Shown here one piece after another: positions 1-9,650 of a stretch of DNA of 44,812 bases. The DNA lies in NCBI GenBank assembly GCA_036338695.1, contig JAYZBQ010000072.1, positions 1 through 44,812 of the forward strand, given 5' to 3'. Position 1 is the stretch's first letter, and each line of letters starts with the position of its first letter. The position numbers and the translations under genes were made by a program. Under the pieces are notes generated by a model. That model searched no databases and had not been told where the DNA came from. It saw nothing but the letters and a program-made list of their open reading frames with translations. This stretch comes from Myxococcota bacterium. GTDB taxonomy: Bacteria; Myxococcota; UBA4151.

Positions 1-802
1 GCCCATCATCATGAAAGAAGTAGATCGGCCACTCCTTGGCAAGGACCGCCTCCGTCACCTCGCAGGTTGGATCTTTGGCGTGATCCTCAAACAGCAGCAG
101 GCAGTCGTGGTCATCGATCCAGCGCGACGCCTCGATCACAGCCCGCTCGACCCCCTCGAGGTCGAGCTTGATCACCACCGGGGCGCCGCTCGTGAGCTCA
201 CCCAGCACGTCGTCGATGCCATCGGCTGCCACGGTGATCACCTCGCCGCGCCCGGACAGGTCCGCAGCGATCGATGCTCCGACCGCCGACGCTTCGGCGT
301 CGGCGCTCGCGGTCATAGGGATCGCGTCGATCGCCTCGCCGGCGATAGCCCGCTGCACCACGCGAAAGCGCTCGCCATTGTGCTCAGCGTTGCGCCGCAA
401 GAACTCGAACGTGGCTGGCATGGGCTCGTAGGCTACCGTCTCGACGGCGCCATATTGCTGCGAGGTCGCAAGCACGCTCCAAAACCCCCAGTTCGCGCCG
501 CCATCGACAAACGCAAAGGGCTCATCTTTGATGAGGTCAAAACAATGAAAGATCTCCGGCTCGTAACGAAACGGTTCGTGCATGAGCCGGTTCCAGTACG
601 GGTCGCGCAGCAACAACTCGAACACGGAGTCGTCGTTGAGGCGAACCAGCGCCCGCTCATCCGCGCCGCAGAGCTTACCGAGCTGCTTGGTGACGTTGTA
701 AAAGCCGCGATGGTTCAGCGGCGCCGTCAAGTAACCGCTCAGATCCATGAGGCTGACCGCAAGGCGGCTCGACCAACCGACCGGTGACTCGATGCGTCGC
801 AT
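1..802 (-). CDS. FkbM family SAM-dependent methyltransferase (3' end runs off the window)
   Basis: Manual minus-strand translation from ATG at 802 (MRRIESPVGWSS...) stays open to the window edge. It contains FVDGGANWGFWS, AYEPMPATFEFL and VIKLDLEGVE, the usual FkbM motifs. Not in the ORF track because there is no stop codon. Confidence 0.85.
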   Translation of the reverse strand, partial: MRRIESPVGWSSRLAVSLMDLSGYLTAPLNHRGFYNVTKQLGKLCGADERALVRLNDDSVFELLLRDPYWNRLMHEPFRYEPEIFHCFDLIKDEPFAFVDGGANWGFWSVLATSQQYGAVETVAYEPMPATFEFLRRNAEHNGERFRVVQRAIAGEAIDAIPMTASADAEASAVGASIAADLSGRGEVITVAADGIDDVLGELTSGAPVVIKLDLEGVERAVIEASRWIDDHDCLLLFEDHAKDPTCEVTEAVLAKEWPIYFFHDDG

Positions 803-938
803 AGGCACGTATCCCCGTTTTCTTACTGATTTTAGTGGAACAGGCCCCGCAAGAGCACAACCACCTTTCGCGCAAGACTTGAAGATGCGGACGCAACCCC
901 CCAAGGTGAACCACCACCTGCCCGAAAACCCATCGATC

Positions 939-1295
939 ATGAACACCTCCCAGAACCTATCGCCCCAGGAGCTTTTGCTTGCGCTCGAGGCGCAACTGCT
1001 CGGGGTGATAGAGGACTCGAGCGGCTCAACCCAGACCGTCGAGCTCGATCAAGCGATGGTGGGTCGGCTGTCACGTATGGACGCCATGCAGCACCAAGAG
1101 ATGGCGAAGGCGCAGCGGCGCCGAGCCGAGACGCGGCTGATCCGCGTGCGCCAGTGCTTGGAGTGGATCGCCCACAACGACGATCGCTATGGTCTGTGTG
1201 AGGACTGCATGGAGCCGATCCCCGTGGCGCGCCTGTGCGCGCTCCCAGACGCCGACTGTTGCGTGCCCTGCCTGAATGAGCGAGCGGCAGGATGA
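939..1295 (+). CDS. TraR/DksA family C4-type zinc finger protein
   Basis: VGRLSRMDAMQ coiled-coil tip, then YGLCEDC...ARL...CCVPC zinc finger. Start moved to in-frame ATG 939. Confidence 0.85.
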   Translation: MNTSQNLSPQELLLALEAQLLGVIEDSSGSTQTVELDQAMVGRLSRMDAMQHQEMAKAQRRRAETRLIRVRQCLEWIAHNDDRYGLCEDCMEPIPVARLCALPDADCCVPCLNERAAG

Positions 1296-3433
1296 GAGCG
1301 CTGCTCGTGATATCCCTGCTGCTCAAGGTCGCCTGCGCAGCGAGCGATGCGCCCGTCATCGACGCAAGCTCCCCGCCCCTTGCCCTGGACGCCGGGCAGC
1401 CGGACACCAACTCACCCGATGCAGCGGATGAGCCGGACGCGGGCAGCGCGCCATGCGCCGAGACGGCGACGCTCACGGTCACGACGACACAGCTCGCCTG
1501 GGATTGGTGGAGCGGAGACCCCCTGCCGCAACGCGCCATCGAGCTCGACCTCAGCGACGAGCGGTGCGCGCTCGCCGCCGTGTCCTCAGCGCCCTGGTTG
1601 GTCGCCCGCATCGACGACGACCAAGACACGCTGTGGATGAAGCTCGAGCCGACGCACGTCGCAAGCGGCTTGTCCTCAGCGGAGGTGATCATTCGCTCGC
1701 CCGCCCTTGATAGGACGCTGGCGACGATCACGGTCGGGCTGCGCGCGCTCACACGCCCCGAGGCACCGTCGGCGCCGCATGTACTGATCATCGGCATGGA
1801 CGGCGTGCGCGCCGACGCGCTGGCGCTGGCGACAACCCTCAACATCGATCGGCTCGCCGAACGAGGCACCGCCAGCTACTCGGCGATGACGCAGCTCAGC
1901 GCAGCGACGAAGTCGGCGCCGGGATGGCACTCCATCTTTACGGGCGTTGAACCGACCAAACACCGCGTCACCATGAACGGGTTCTACGGCCACCTGGACC
2001 GGCGCTTCCCGACCGTTTTTGAGCGCGCCAAACAAGAGCTCGACCTCCGCTCGGCGGTTGCGGCGCATTGGCGCCCCATCCTCGAAGAGCACATCGAGCC
2101 GGATGCGCTGCATTTTCAAGCGCGAGGGACCGACACCGAAGTGACCGAGGCGATGGTCGAGCAGCTTATCTCGGGCGAGAGCCAGGTGCATTTCGTTCAT
2201 CTCGATGACGTGGATCGCAGCGGGCATGAGAGCGGCTTTGACCCTTACAACCCCGACTATATCCGCGCGATCGAAGGCAACGACGTCATGGTCGGCGCGC
2301 TGATCGACGCCCTCTACCTGCGACCGAACATCGAGCGAGAAGATTGGCTCGTCCTCTGGGTCACCGATCACGGCGGGTCGGGCAGGAACCACGGCGAACA
2401 GATCGTGTCCCATCAGCGCATCCCGCAGTTTGTGGCCGGACCCAGCGCCCTGCGGCGCTCGGTCGAGGGGGGAAGTCACCTCGATATTCACCCGACCGCT
2501 CTGCTGCATCTTGGCTTAGAGCCCCAAGACGACTGGGCGCTCGACGGCTCCATCTTTGGGCTCCCCCTCCTCAACGAGGTGCACTGCAGCGACGGCAGAG
2601 ACGACGACGCAGACGGGTCAATCGACTGCGCCGATGAAGACTGCCAGGACGCCGACGCCTGCGTGCCGATCGAGGAGGTGTGCCCCGGTGACGACGCAGG
2701 ACAGCGCATCGAATGGGCCATCTATACCGCCAGTATGCAAGGTGCCGTGGCTCGGCTCTCGAGCTCCTGCGGCGGGCTCTTGGGGCGAGAGCGCACGGTG
2801 CGCTGGCGAGCGCCGCGCAGCGGGCGTTATACCTTCAACACGATCAGCTCGCGCGGCGACACGGTCCTGTGGGCGCGCTCGACCTGCGACGGCGCTGAGC
2901 TGGCGTGCAATGATCACCTCTACGGCGACGCCCGCATGGACGTCCCCTACAACACACAGAGCTTGATTCAGCTCGATGCTCGCCAAGGCGAGACCTTCAT
3001 CATCGGGCTCGATGAGGCGGCGCTCGGAGGCGTCGACCAGGTCACGCTCAACGTCTTTGAGCTCGCCCTTGCGTGCCAGGAAGCCGAGACCTCAAGCGGG
3101 ACCGGTCAACGGATCGCCTCGGGGAACAACGACGCGCAAGCGACGCGCCTGGCGCCGAGCTGCGCAGGCATGGGGCGAGATCACGTCATCCTGTGGACCG
3201 CTCCCGCAGCGGGGACCTACCGTTTTGACACCGTCGGCAGCGGTCTGGATACCGTCCTTGCGCTCTACGGCCCGCAATGCCTTGAAGAACTGGCATGCGA
3301 TGATGACAGCGGCGAGGGCTTCACCTCAGTTGTTGAGCGGCGTCTCGACCAAGGTGAGCAGGTAGCGGTCGTGGTCGGCGGCTTTCGTGGTCGCAACGGC
3401 TTATGGCAACTCAACGTCACGCCGCTGCCCTAA
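1292..3433 (+). CDS. Exported alkaline-phosphatase-superfamily (phosphodiesterase/nucleotide pyrophosphatase-like) protein with Cys-rich C-terminal repeat domains
   Basis: Signal/lipobox-like N-terminus; IIGMDGVR, TKSAPGWHSIFTG, HLDDVDRSGH and VTDHGG motifs; DGRDDDADGSIDCADEDC motif; two repeats of W-x-AP-x(2)-G-x-Y-x-F-x-T...DTVL...ELAC-N/D-D. ATGA overlap with the upstream gene. Confidence 0.8.
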   Translation: MRALLVISLLLKVACAASDAPVIDASSPPLALDAGQPDTNSPDAADEPDAGSAPCAETATLTVTTTQLAWDWWSGDPLPQRAIELDLSDERCALAAVSSAPWLVARIDDDQDTLWMKLEPTHVASGLSSAEVIIRSPALDRTLATITVGLRALTRPEAPSAPHVLIIGMDGVRADALALATTLNIDRLAERGTASYSAMTQLSAATKSAPGWHSIFTGVEPTKHRVTMNGFYGHLDRRFPTVFERAKQELDLRSAVAAHWRPILEEHIEPDALHFQARGTDTEVTEAMVEQLISGESQVHFVHLDDVDRSGHESGFDPYNPDYIRAIEGNDVMVGALIDALYLRPNIEREDWLVLWVTDHGGSGRNHGEQIVSHQRIPQFVAGPSALRRSVEGGSHLDIHPTALLHLGLEPQDDWALDGSIFGLPLLNEVHCSDGRDDDADGSIDCADEDCQDADACVPIEEVCPGDDAGQRIEWAIYTASMQGAVARLSSSCGGLLGRERTVRWRAPRSGRYTFNTISSRGDTVLWARSTCDGAELACNDHLYGDARMDVPYNTQSLIQLDARQGETFIIGLDEAALGGVDQVTLNVFELALACQEAETSSGTGQRIASGNNDAQATRLAPSCAGMGRDHVILWTAPAAGTYRFDTVGSGLDTVLALYGPQCLEELACDDDSGEGFTSVVERRLDQGEQVAVVVGGFRGRNGLWQLNVTPLP

Positions 3434-3449
3434 GCTTGTCAGGAGCACC

Positions 3450-4646
3450 ATGACCAAAACCATCCTTCTTTGGGGCGCAACCGGCTTTACCGGGCGGCTT
3501 GTCGCCCAAGAGCTGTTGACGGCATGTCAACCGAACGAGCGCCTGATCTTTGGAGGGCGGAGCGACGAGCGCCTCCGCCAACTCGCCAATGAACTCGGTG
3601 CCGACGCACGCGCCGAGCTGCGCTGCGCCGATGCGCTCGATGAAGCCAGCATGAGCCGCTTGCTCGACGATGTCGGCGTGGTCGCCACAACCGTCGGACC
3701 CTACCGGCGCTACGGCTGGCTCCTCGCACAGCTCTGCGCCGAGCGGGGTATCGATTATGTCGACCTGTGCGGCGAGACCCCGTTTATTCGGCGATCCGTC
3801 GACGAGCTCAATGAGGCAGCCCAGCGCTCCGGCGCTCGCCTCGTGCACGCCTGCGGCTTTGACTCGATCCCCAGCGACCTCGGCACCTTGCTGCTCGCCC
3901 ACCATTGCGCTGCGGCGGATCGGCCGCTCGAGCAAGCGATGACGACAGTTCGGCGCCTGCGTGGCGGCTTGAGCGGGGGCACCCTGGCGAGCATGTTTGG
4001 GCTGATCGAAGACGCCGTAAACGATAAATCAGTGCGCCGAGTGCTCGGTCACCCCTACAGCCTCAACCCAGCCGACCAACGCCACGGCGCCGACGGCTCG
4101 GATCGGAGCGATGCGCGCTACGATGAAGACCATGAACGCTGGACAGCGCCCTTTATCATGGCGGGGATCAACACGCGCATCGTCAGGCGCTCGGCTGCCT
4201 TGCTCGGCTACGCGGCGCCAGGCTTCCGCTATGATGAGGCCATGGCGTGCAAGAGCAAACGGCAAGCTAAGACGATGGCGCTCGGGACCAAGTTGCTCAC
4301 CGTCGGTGCTGCGCTCGCGCCCACCCGCTGGCTGATGCGCCGCTATCTGCCGAGCCCCGGTCAGGGACCCAGTCCAGAGCAGCGTGCGAGCGGGTGCTTC
4401 GAGTTGCACATCGTGGGGCGGACGCAGGAGCGAACCGATGAGTATGGCCGGGTGATCGTCGGCGCGCAGGGCGACCCGGGCTACAGCCAAACAGCGGTGA
4501 TGTTAGCGCAGTCAGCGCGCCTGCTCGCCGAAGGCTCTATCTCAGCTGATGGGGGGGTACACACGCCTGCGTCGGCGCTGGGTATGGCGGCGATTGAACG
4601 GCTGCGGTCGCAGGGCTTTCGCTTCGAATTCCAGCGCCGGACGTAA
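3450..4646 (+). CDS. Saccharopine dehydrogenase-like / trans-acting enoyl reductase family oxidoreductase
   Basis: GATGFTG Rossmann motif, TTVGPY, YVDLCGE, CGFDSIPSDLG, SGGTLAS and GDPGYSQT. AGGAG RBS before ATG 3450. Confidence 0.85.
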   Translation: MTKTILLWGATGFTGRLVAQELLTACQPNERLIFGGRSDERLRQLANELGADARAELRCADALDEASMSRLLDDVGVVATTVGPYRRYGWLLAQLCAERGIDYVDLCGETPFIRRSVDELNEAAQRSGARLVHACGFDSIPSDLGTLLLAHHCAAADRPLEQAMTTVRRLRGGLSGGTLASMFGLIEDAVNDKSVRRVLGHPYSLNPADQRHGADGSDRSDARYDEDHERWTAPFIMAGINTRIVRRSAALLGYAAPGFRYDEAMACKSKRQAKTMALGTKLLTVGAALAPTRWLMRRYLPSPGQGPSPEQRASGCFELHIVGRTQERTDEYGRVIVGAQGDPGYSQTAVMLAQSARLLAEGSISADGGVHTPASALGMAAIERLRSQGFRFEFQRRT

Positions 4647-4651
4647 GCCGT

Positions 4652-5539
4652 CTACTGCGACCACTCGCTCTGGTAGACCTCCTTCGTCACTTGATCCTGA
4701 ACCCAGACGACCACCTCGAGGTCATCGAACTCCTCGACCGTGTGGGCGCGCCGGTGGTCGACGTAATGTTTCGGGTTCTCGCCGCCGCGCGGGAGCCCGG
4801 TGTCCGGGTCATACTCGCCCTGGAACGTGTACACGTAGGTATCCGAGATCACATCACCGGCGAGGACCTCGCCGAGCGCGCTGCCGAGTCGATTGGGCAG
4901 CATCTTCTTCATCACGTGATGGAACTCAGTGAGGCCGTTGGTGCCCACGTTCTGCGTCGTCACCTTTTCGTTCACGGCAACGTGGATCACGAGGTCTTCG
5001 CTCTCGAAGTCCCTCCCAGCCGTTAGGGTCCAATCCACGGTGATCGTCTGACCCTCCACCTCATGGTCAACCTCGAGGATCAAGTAGGAAGGGACCGAGG
5101 CAAAGGCGGCAAAATCCTGTTCGTTGTAATGGTCAGCGTCCTCACCGTCTTCGGCGTGCCACAAGTTCGGATGAAAGCTGTTCAAACCGTCTGTCACCAC
5201 CCAGGGGATCGAGTAACTGCTCGCGCCCTCAGGGAGGTAATAATAGCGCCGGGCGATCGCCTCTTGAGTGATGTAACGATCGCTCCCGACCAGATAATCG
5301 ACCACGGTGAACTGGTCGGGAAAGGCAGTCCAAAGCGCGCTGAGGCGCTCCTCCGTCTCAAAGCAAGGGCCGCAGTTGGAAGCCGAGAAGACCTCATGCA
5401 GCACCTTACGTTGCACCGGAAACGAGGGACCTGCATCGGCGGCGGCTAAGCCCGTATCCGAAGCCGTCGTCCCCTCCCCTGGGCAGGCTGTGAGGGTCCA
5501 AAGGAGTGCCGAAACGATCACGAAGCGAAGACCGAACAT
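4652..5539 (-). CDS. Lipoprotein with thioredoxin-like CxxC and Omp28-like C-terminal domain
   Basis: Lipobox LTAC; RKVLHEVFSASNCGPC; IPWVVTDG; HHVMKKML and C-terminal LEVVVWVQDQVTKEVYQS resemble Omp28-related proteins. Start moved to ATG 5539. Confidence 0.7.
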   Translation of the reverse strand: MFGLRFVIVSALLWTLTACPGEGTTASDTGLAAADAGPSFPVQRKVLHEVFSASNCGPCFETEERLSALWTAFPDQFTVVDYLVGSDRYITQEAIARRYYYLPEGASSYSIPWVVTDGLNSFHPNLWHAEDGEDADHYNEQDFAAFASVPSYLILEVDHEVEGQTITVDWTLTAGRDFESEDLVIHVAVNEKVTTQNVGTNGLTEFHHVMKKMLPNRLGSALGEVLAGDVISDTYVYTFQGEYDPDTGLPRGGENPKHYVDHRRAHTVEEFDDLEVVVWVQDQVTKEVYQSEWSQ

Positions 5540-5618
5540 CTGCGCCCTTTCCGCTGATAAAGAGCCACACCGTATCAGAATTCGGAGCACTCGCTAAGGG
5601 GCGCTCAGCGCCGCGACC

Positions 5619-6905
5619 TTACTGACAAAGCGCCACGCAGCGGTCAGGGTTCTCACTGCGCACACAGGCCTCACCGACGGTCGACGGCTGGCGCTTGAGC
5701 CAGGCATCGCGCGCCAGATCATACACCCAGATGTCGTTGATGATGCCGCAGTCCGTTTTTCCTGCGAAGATGAACCACTCGCCGCGCTGTTTATCGAGCG
5801 CTGCGAGGTGCGCGCTTCGACGGTCCGGCGCCTCCAAGTTCGGCTCCGTAAAATTCGGCGGGAAGTTGCAAAAGCCCAGGGCAGGCTCGGACACGGTCTC
5901 CGGCGCCACCACAGCGCTCCACGAGCGCTCGCTAAGCTCGAACGACCACGTGTCGTTGTTGTTGCCCACCTCGCCATCATCGTGCCCACCAAACAAAACG
6001 ACCCGGTCGCTCGCAACGTCGTAGGTGATCGATGACCAGATGCGCGCCGCCGGGCCGTCTTCAGCGCTAAAGGAAGCGAGGCGTTCCCATGCACCGCTCT
6101 CTAAGTCCATCATCCACAAGTCGCCCAAGAAGGGACCCTGCCAAGCGCCTGCGTCGCCCCCACCGTAGACGAACAAACGGTTGTTGGTGTCATCCACTGC
6201 GGCGGCATGGAACAACCGCGCCGTGGGCTTCGTCCCGTCCGCTTCGATCTGCCGCCACGTCAGGTTGACGGTGTCGAGCGCCCAGACGTCATTGCGCGGG
6301 CTAAACGCAAGCCCATTGCGCGAGGTGTTGCCACCAAAGACGATCAGCTCGCGCGTGGCACGATTGAAGCCCCCTGCCGGGTTGGAGCGAGCCATCGGAC
6401 CGCGATTAGTCGGGACCAACTCAGTCCACTCCATCGTCTCAAGGTTGAGCGCCCACACGTCGTTGTAGTTCTTGTAATCACCGGTCTCACGCGCCCGAGA
6501 GCGGCCGCCAAAGAGGATCATCCGATCACCCTGAGGATCGTACACCGCCATACCGCGTGCGCGCCCCCTCGGGCCGCTGCTGCCCGTCTCCTCGCGAAAC
6601 GCGCCGCAGGCGGTGTCGTACGTGTAGAGCTCAAACCGCCCGACCGCGTGCGGCGCAGAGCTGCAGTTGACCGGCAGGACGTCATCGCCACCAAAGAACA
6701 CGATCCGCTGACGCCGCTCGTCGTAGACACCCATCATCTCTGCGAGCGCAGGCATCTCGGTAAAGTCAAAGCCGTCGCAGCGGTCGGAGCCTGCGTCAGG
6801 AGTTGCTCCTCCTGCATCGGTAGAGGTCGTCGGCTCATCAGCGCTGACGCAACCCAGCGCCAGCGAGATCAAGAGGGCGAAGCCATGTCGTCGAGATGCG
6901 TTCAC
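5619..6905 (-). CDS. Kelch-repeat (beta-propeller) lipoprotein
   Basis: Lipobox ALGC; repeated xxFGG...NDxWxxDL...W units. Confidence 0.85.
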   Translation of the reverse strand: MNASRRHGFALLISLALGCVSADEPTTSTDAGGATPDAGSDRCDGFDFTEMPALAEMMGVYDERRQRIVFFGGDDVLPVNCSSAPHAVGRFELYTYDTACGAFREETGSSGPRGRARGMAVYDPQGDRMILFGGRSRARETGDYKNYNDVWALNLETMEWTELVPTNRGPMARSNPAGGFNRATRELIVFGGNTSRNGLAFSPRNDVWALDTVNLTWRQIEADGTKPTARLFHAAAVDDTNNRLFVYGGGDAGAWQGPFLGDLWMMDLESGAWERLASFSAEDGPAARIWSSITYDVASDRVVLFGGHDDGEVGNNNDTWSFELSERSWSAVVAPETVSEPALGFCNFPPNFTEPNLEAPDRRSAHLAALDKQRGEWFIFAGKTDCGIINDIWVYDLARDAWLKRQPSTVGEACVRSENPDRCVALCQ

Positions 6906-7008
6906 AGGAGCTCCCCCAAGTCATCGAGGGCGCTCCTTAGCCGCTAATCACAGGGCAACGAAAGGCTTGAATTCCAGCCTGAGCGCCTACCCATGGTGGC
7001 AAGCCCTG

Positions 7009-7698
7009 CTATTTTGATCGCTTCTTACGCTTCTTACGCTTAGCGGGCTGAGCGGACTGAGCCGGCTCGGCGGGGTTTGCCCCTTCGTCCGCAGCGCCGT
7101 CTACGGGCTCGCTGGCGGGCTCCTCGGCGGCGGACGCCACCGGCGCACCGCTGAGCGCCCAGGTCAGCTTAATCCCAGCGACCACGGCGGGCGTGACGTA
7201 CGGGACCAAGTCCACTTGGGGGGAAAGATGGGCGGTGACCGCCAGCGGCGACTCAGGCCGACGCAGTCGAACCCCAACCGACGATGATAAAGCCAACAGC
7301 GGCTGGGTCCGGTGCACGCTCCCGCGCAGCCACAAAACCCCACCGGCTCCAACGGTCAGATTCGCATGCCAGCCCGGGACCGGCAGCCGCATGAGGTCAT
7401 GCTCGTACCCTGCACTCACCATCGGTGCCTCGGCGCCAAACTGAAAGGGCTTGAGCCGGTGGAGCACGCCCAGACCGGCGGTCAACCGCCCCGCCGGATT
7501 AAGCTTGTACGCAAAGGCGATGCCGGTCGGCTCACCGACCTCAAGCCCGACCTCCATATCAGGCGACGGGCCTGCATCGACGGGCGCAGGCTCCGGCGCC
7601 GGGAGCTCACGATCCACGGCGGTTTCAGAGTCGAGCTCCGGCGCCTCGTCGGGCGCCGCCAAAAGCAACCCCAGGGCGGTCAGTGCGATCATGCTCAC
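7009..7698 (-). CDS. Exported protein, probably a small outer-membrane beta-barrel with acidic linkers and a basic C-terminal tail
   Basis: Signal peptide; GLEVGEPTG followed by alternating-polarity strands; C-terminus KRKKRKKRSK. Confidence 0.55.
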   Translation of the reverse strand: MSMIALTALGLLLAAPDEAPELDSETAVDRELPAPEPAPVDAGPSPDMEVGLEVGEPTGIAFAYKLNPAGRLTAGLGVLHRLKPFQFGAEAPMVSAGYEHDLMRLPVPGWHANLTVGAGGVLWLRGSVHRTQPLLALSSSVGVRLRRPESPLAVTAHLSPQVDLVPYVTPAVVAGIKLTWALSGAPVASAAEEPASEPVDGAADEGANPAEPAQSAQPAKRKKRKKRSK

Positions 7699-8093
7699 TA
7701 CGGACCTGTCACGCTGGCGACGCAGTCGGAGAGCCGCAGGCAGCTCGATCCGGTCTGGCTCACGCAGACATCCGAGGCGTCCTCAACCTCTTTTGCGCAG
7801 GCGACAAAGTCAGCCGTCGGGCAGTCGACCCAGCGCGTCCCCGAGTTGTCCGCCACGCAGTTGGCGACCGCCTCGCTGCGCTCGCCTTGTCCAACGAGGA
7901 TGGGGACCAAGCGGCCATCGTCCTCGGGCGTACAAAACGAGGTCACCGGCGCGCCGCCCCACGAATCGTAGACATAGTTACACAGCGCATCTTTCTCATC
8001 AGCGGTCAACGCACTCAACTGCTTGCTCTCATCCCAGCCAGCGCAGGCAGAGACAGCGACGAGGGCGAAGCCCAGAACCCAGCGATTCAGCAC
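7698..8093 (-). CDS. Small Cys-rich lipoprotein, unknown function
   Basis: Lipobox VSAC; 8 further Cys in about 110 aa; abuts both neighbouring genes. Confidence 0.65.
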   Translation of the reverse strand: MLNRWVLGFALVAVSACAGWDESKQLSALTADEKDALCNYVYDSWGGAPVTSFCTPEDDGRLVPILVGQGERSEAVANCVADNSGTRWVDCPTADFVACAKEVEDASDVCVSQTGSSCLRLSDCVASVTGP

Positions 8094-9083
8094 TTAGTTA
8101 CACGCTCCGAGGTAATCGATGTTCTCTTCATCCAGCTCGGCGTCGCAGCGGCTCGCATACTCGGCGCCCGAGCAGGTGCAGACGCGCACGCGCCCCTCCG
8201 ACGGACAGACCTGGTCCACCACCCCCATGGACTGGTTGGCTGTCTGCGCTAAGCCGCTGGTCACGCAGCGGCCTTGCCCGCCACAGCGACCGTCCTCGTA
8301 CTGACACCACTGCCCTTCATGGGTGCATGGGTAGTCTGCGCTGCACGGCTGCACGCCGTCCATCGTCACCATCGCCGCCGCCTTCATCTTGTTCTTGAGC
8401 ATCTGCCAGTTGGGCTGATCACCCAAGAAGCCACGGCGCGTCTCGAGCGCCTCGGAATCGATGAACTCAAAGAGCTTACCGTCAGCACGGTAAATGTACC
8501 AGTTCCCTCGACCCTCGACCCCGTTGGCGGTCGCCACTGACCCCCCGTTCACGACGACCGGCATGTCGAGCGTGATCTGTCCGGGGTTTGCCGTGCAGCT
8601 CGGGTAGTTCGCACGCGAGCCGTTGCACGCTCCCTGGTGATCCCGTGGCGTGGCGCCAAAGCGCCCGACGTCGCCGCCCTGGTACATGACCCCAACAAAC
8701 TCCACGTCGTACCCTTCGGTCGCCAGCTCATCCTTCATCGTCTGCATGAACGCAAACTGCTGCTCGCAGGTCCCGCAATTCGCCCAGTAGTACCCCCAAA
8801 GGCTCACCTTACCGATCGAGGAGGGGCTGATCTCTTGCTCGAAGGTCGCGCTGTTCGTCTGTCGGTCTTGCAACGCCCAGTCATCGCTGCCGGAGCACTG
8901 GCAGTGCATCGGGTGCGTCTGACAAGCCTCGGCGTCGAAGTCTGAGCACGGGTCTTTCTCCCACGCGGCGTTGCGTGCGCCGAAGTCGGCGTTATCCGGT
9001 ATGGCGGTGTAATCGCCCCCACTCGGCGGCGCACACGAGAAACCACACAGGGCGACAAAGGCTGGAAACCAGAGCTTTTTCAT
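8094..9083 (-). CDS. Lipoprotein with redoxin/thioredoxin-like CxxC domain and C-terminal Kazal-like module
   Basis: MKKLWF...GFSC lipobox; GKVSLWGYYWANCGTC; C-terminal VCTCSGAEYASRCDA...YLGAC Kazal pattern. GGAG RBS before ATG 9083. Confidence 0.7.
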   Translation of the reverse strand: MKKLWFPAFVALCGFSCAPPSGGDYTAIPDNADFGARNAAWEKDPCSDFDAEACQTHPMHCQCSGSDDWALQDRQTNSATFEQEISPSSIGKVSLWGYYWANCGTCEQQFAFMQTMKDELATEGYDVEFVGVMYQGGDVGRFGATPRDHQGACNGSRANYPSCTANPGQITLDMPVVVNGGSVATANGVEGRGNWYIYRADGKLFEFIDSEALETRRGFLGDQPNWQMLKNKMKAAAMVTMDGVQPCSADYPCTHEGQWCQYEDGRCGGQGRCVTSGLAQTANQSMGVVDQVCPSEGRVRVCTCSGAEYASRCDAELDEENIDYLGACN

Positions 9084-9302
9084 CGGGCTACTCCATTTGA
9101 TGGCGCAGCTTAGCCGGTTTTTGGGGGTGAGCAAAGATGGCCACCACGAAACGCAGACACCTGAGCGCCATGCGTCGACAGGCACCATCTCATCGATGAG
9201 TAGAAGCGACCGACGGCTCAAGCGAGTTGTGACCCGAAACGGTGCTTGACGCCTGCACGCCGGCGGGGTTGTTGATCAGCAGCAAACCGGAGTTCACACA
9301 CC

Positions 9303-9650
9303 ATGAAGATTTACGGCATCCCCAACTGTGGAACGGTCAAAAAGGCGAAGGCGTGGCTGGAGCAGCGCGGCGTCGCCTTTGAGACAATCGATTTTCGCAA
9401 TGACCCGCCGACGCGTGCGCTGGTCGAAGCCTGGGTCGGCGCGCTCGGCAGCAAAGCCATGCGCAACACGAGCGGCGGGTCGTATCGCGCCCTGCCAGAA
9501 GAGAAGAAAACCTGGGATGACGCACGCTGGATCGATGAATTTACGAGCGACCCGATGCTCATCAAACGACCGATCATCGAGGTCGACGACCAGGCGGTCA
9601 AAGTCGGCTTTCGCGGCAGCGACGAACAGCTCGAAGCGGAGCTCCTTTAG
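9303..9650 (+). CDS. ArsC/Spx family protein (YffB-like)
   Basis: IYGIPNCGTVKKA and PMLIKRPII motifs; GGAG RBS. Confidence 0.9.
   Translation: MKIYGIPNCGTVKKAKAWLEQRGVAFETIDFRNDPPTRALVEAWVGALGSKAMRNTSGGSYRALPEEKKTWDDARWIDEFTSDPMLIKRPIIEVDDQAVKVGFRGSDEQLEAELL

Noticed and set aside
11..787. 258-aa plus-strand ORF
   Set aside because: Antisense shadow of the minus-strand FkbM methyltransferase; no recognisable motifs.
4652..9083. Possible selenocysteine (TGA readthrough) in the CxxC proteins
   Set aside because: Both motifs (CGPC, CGTC) use ordinary Cys codons in uninterrupted ORFs.
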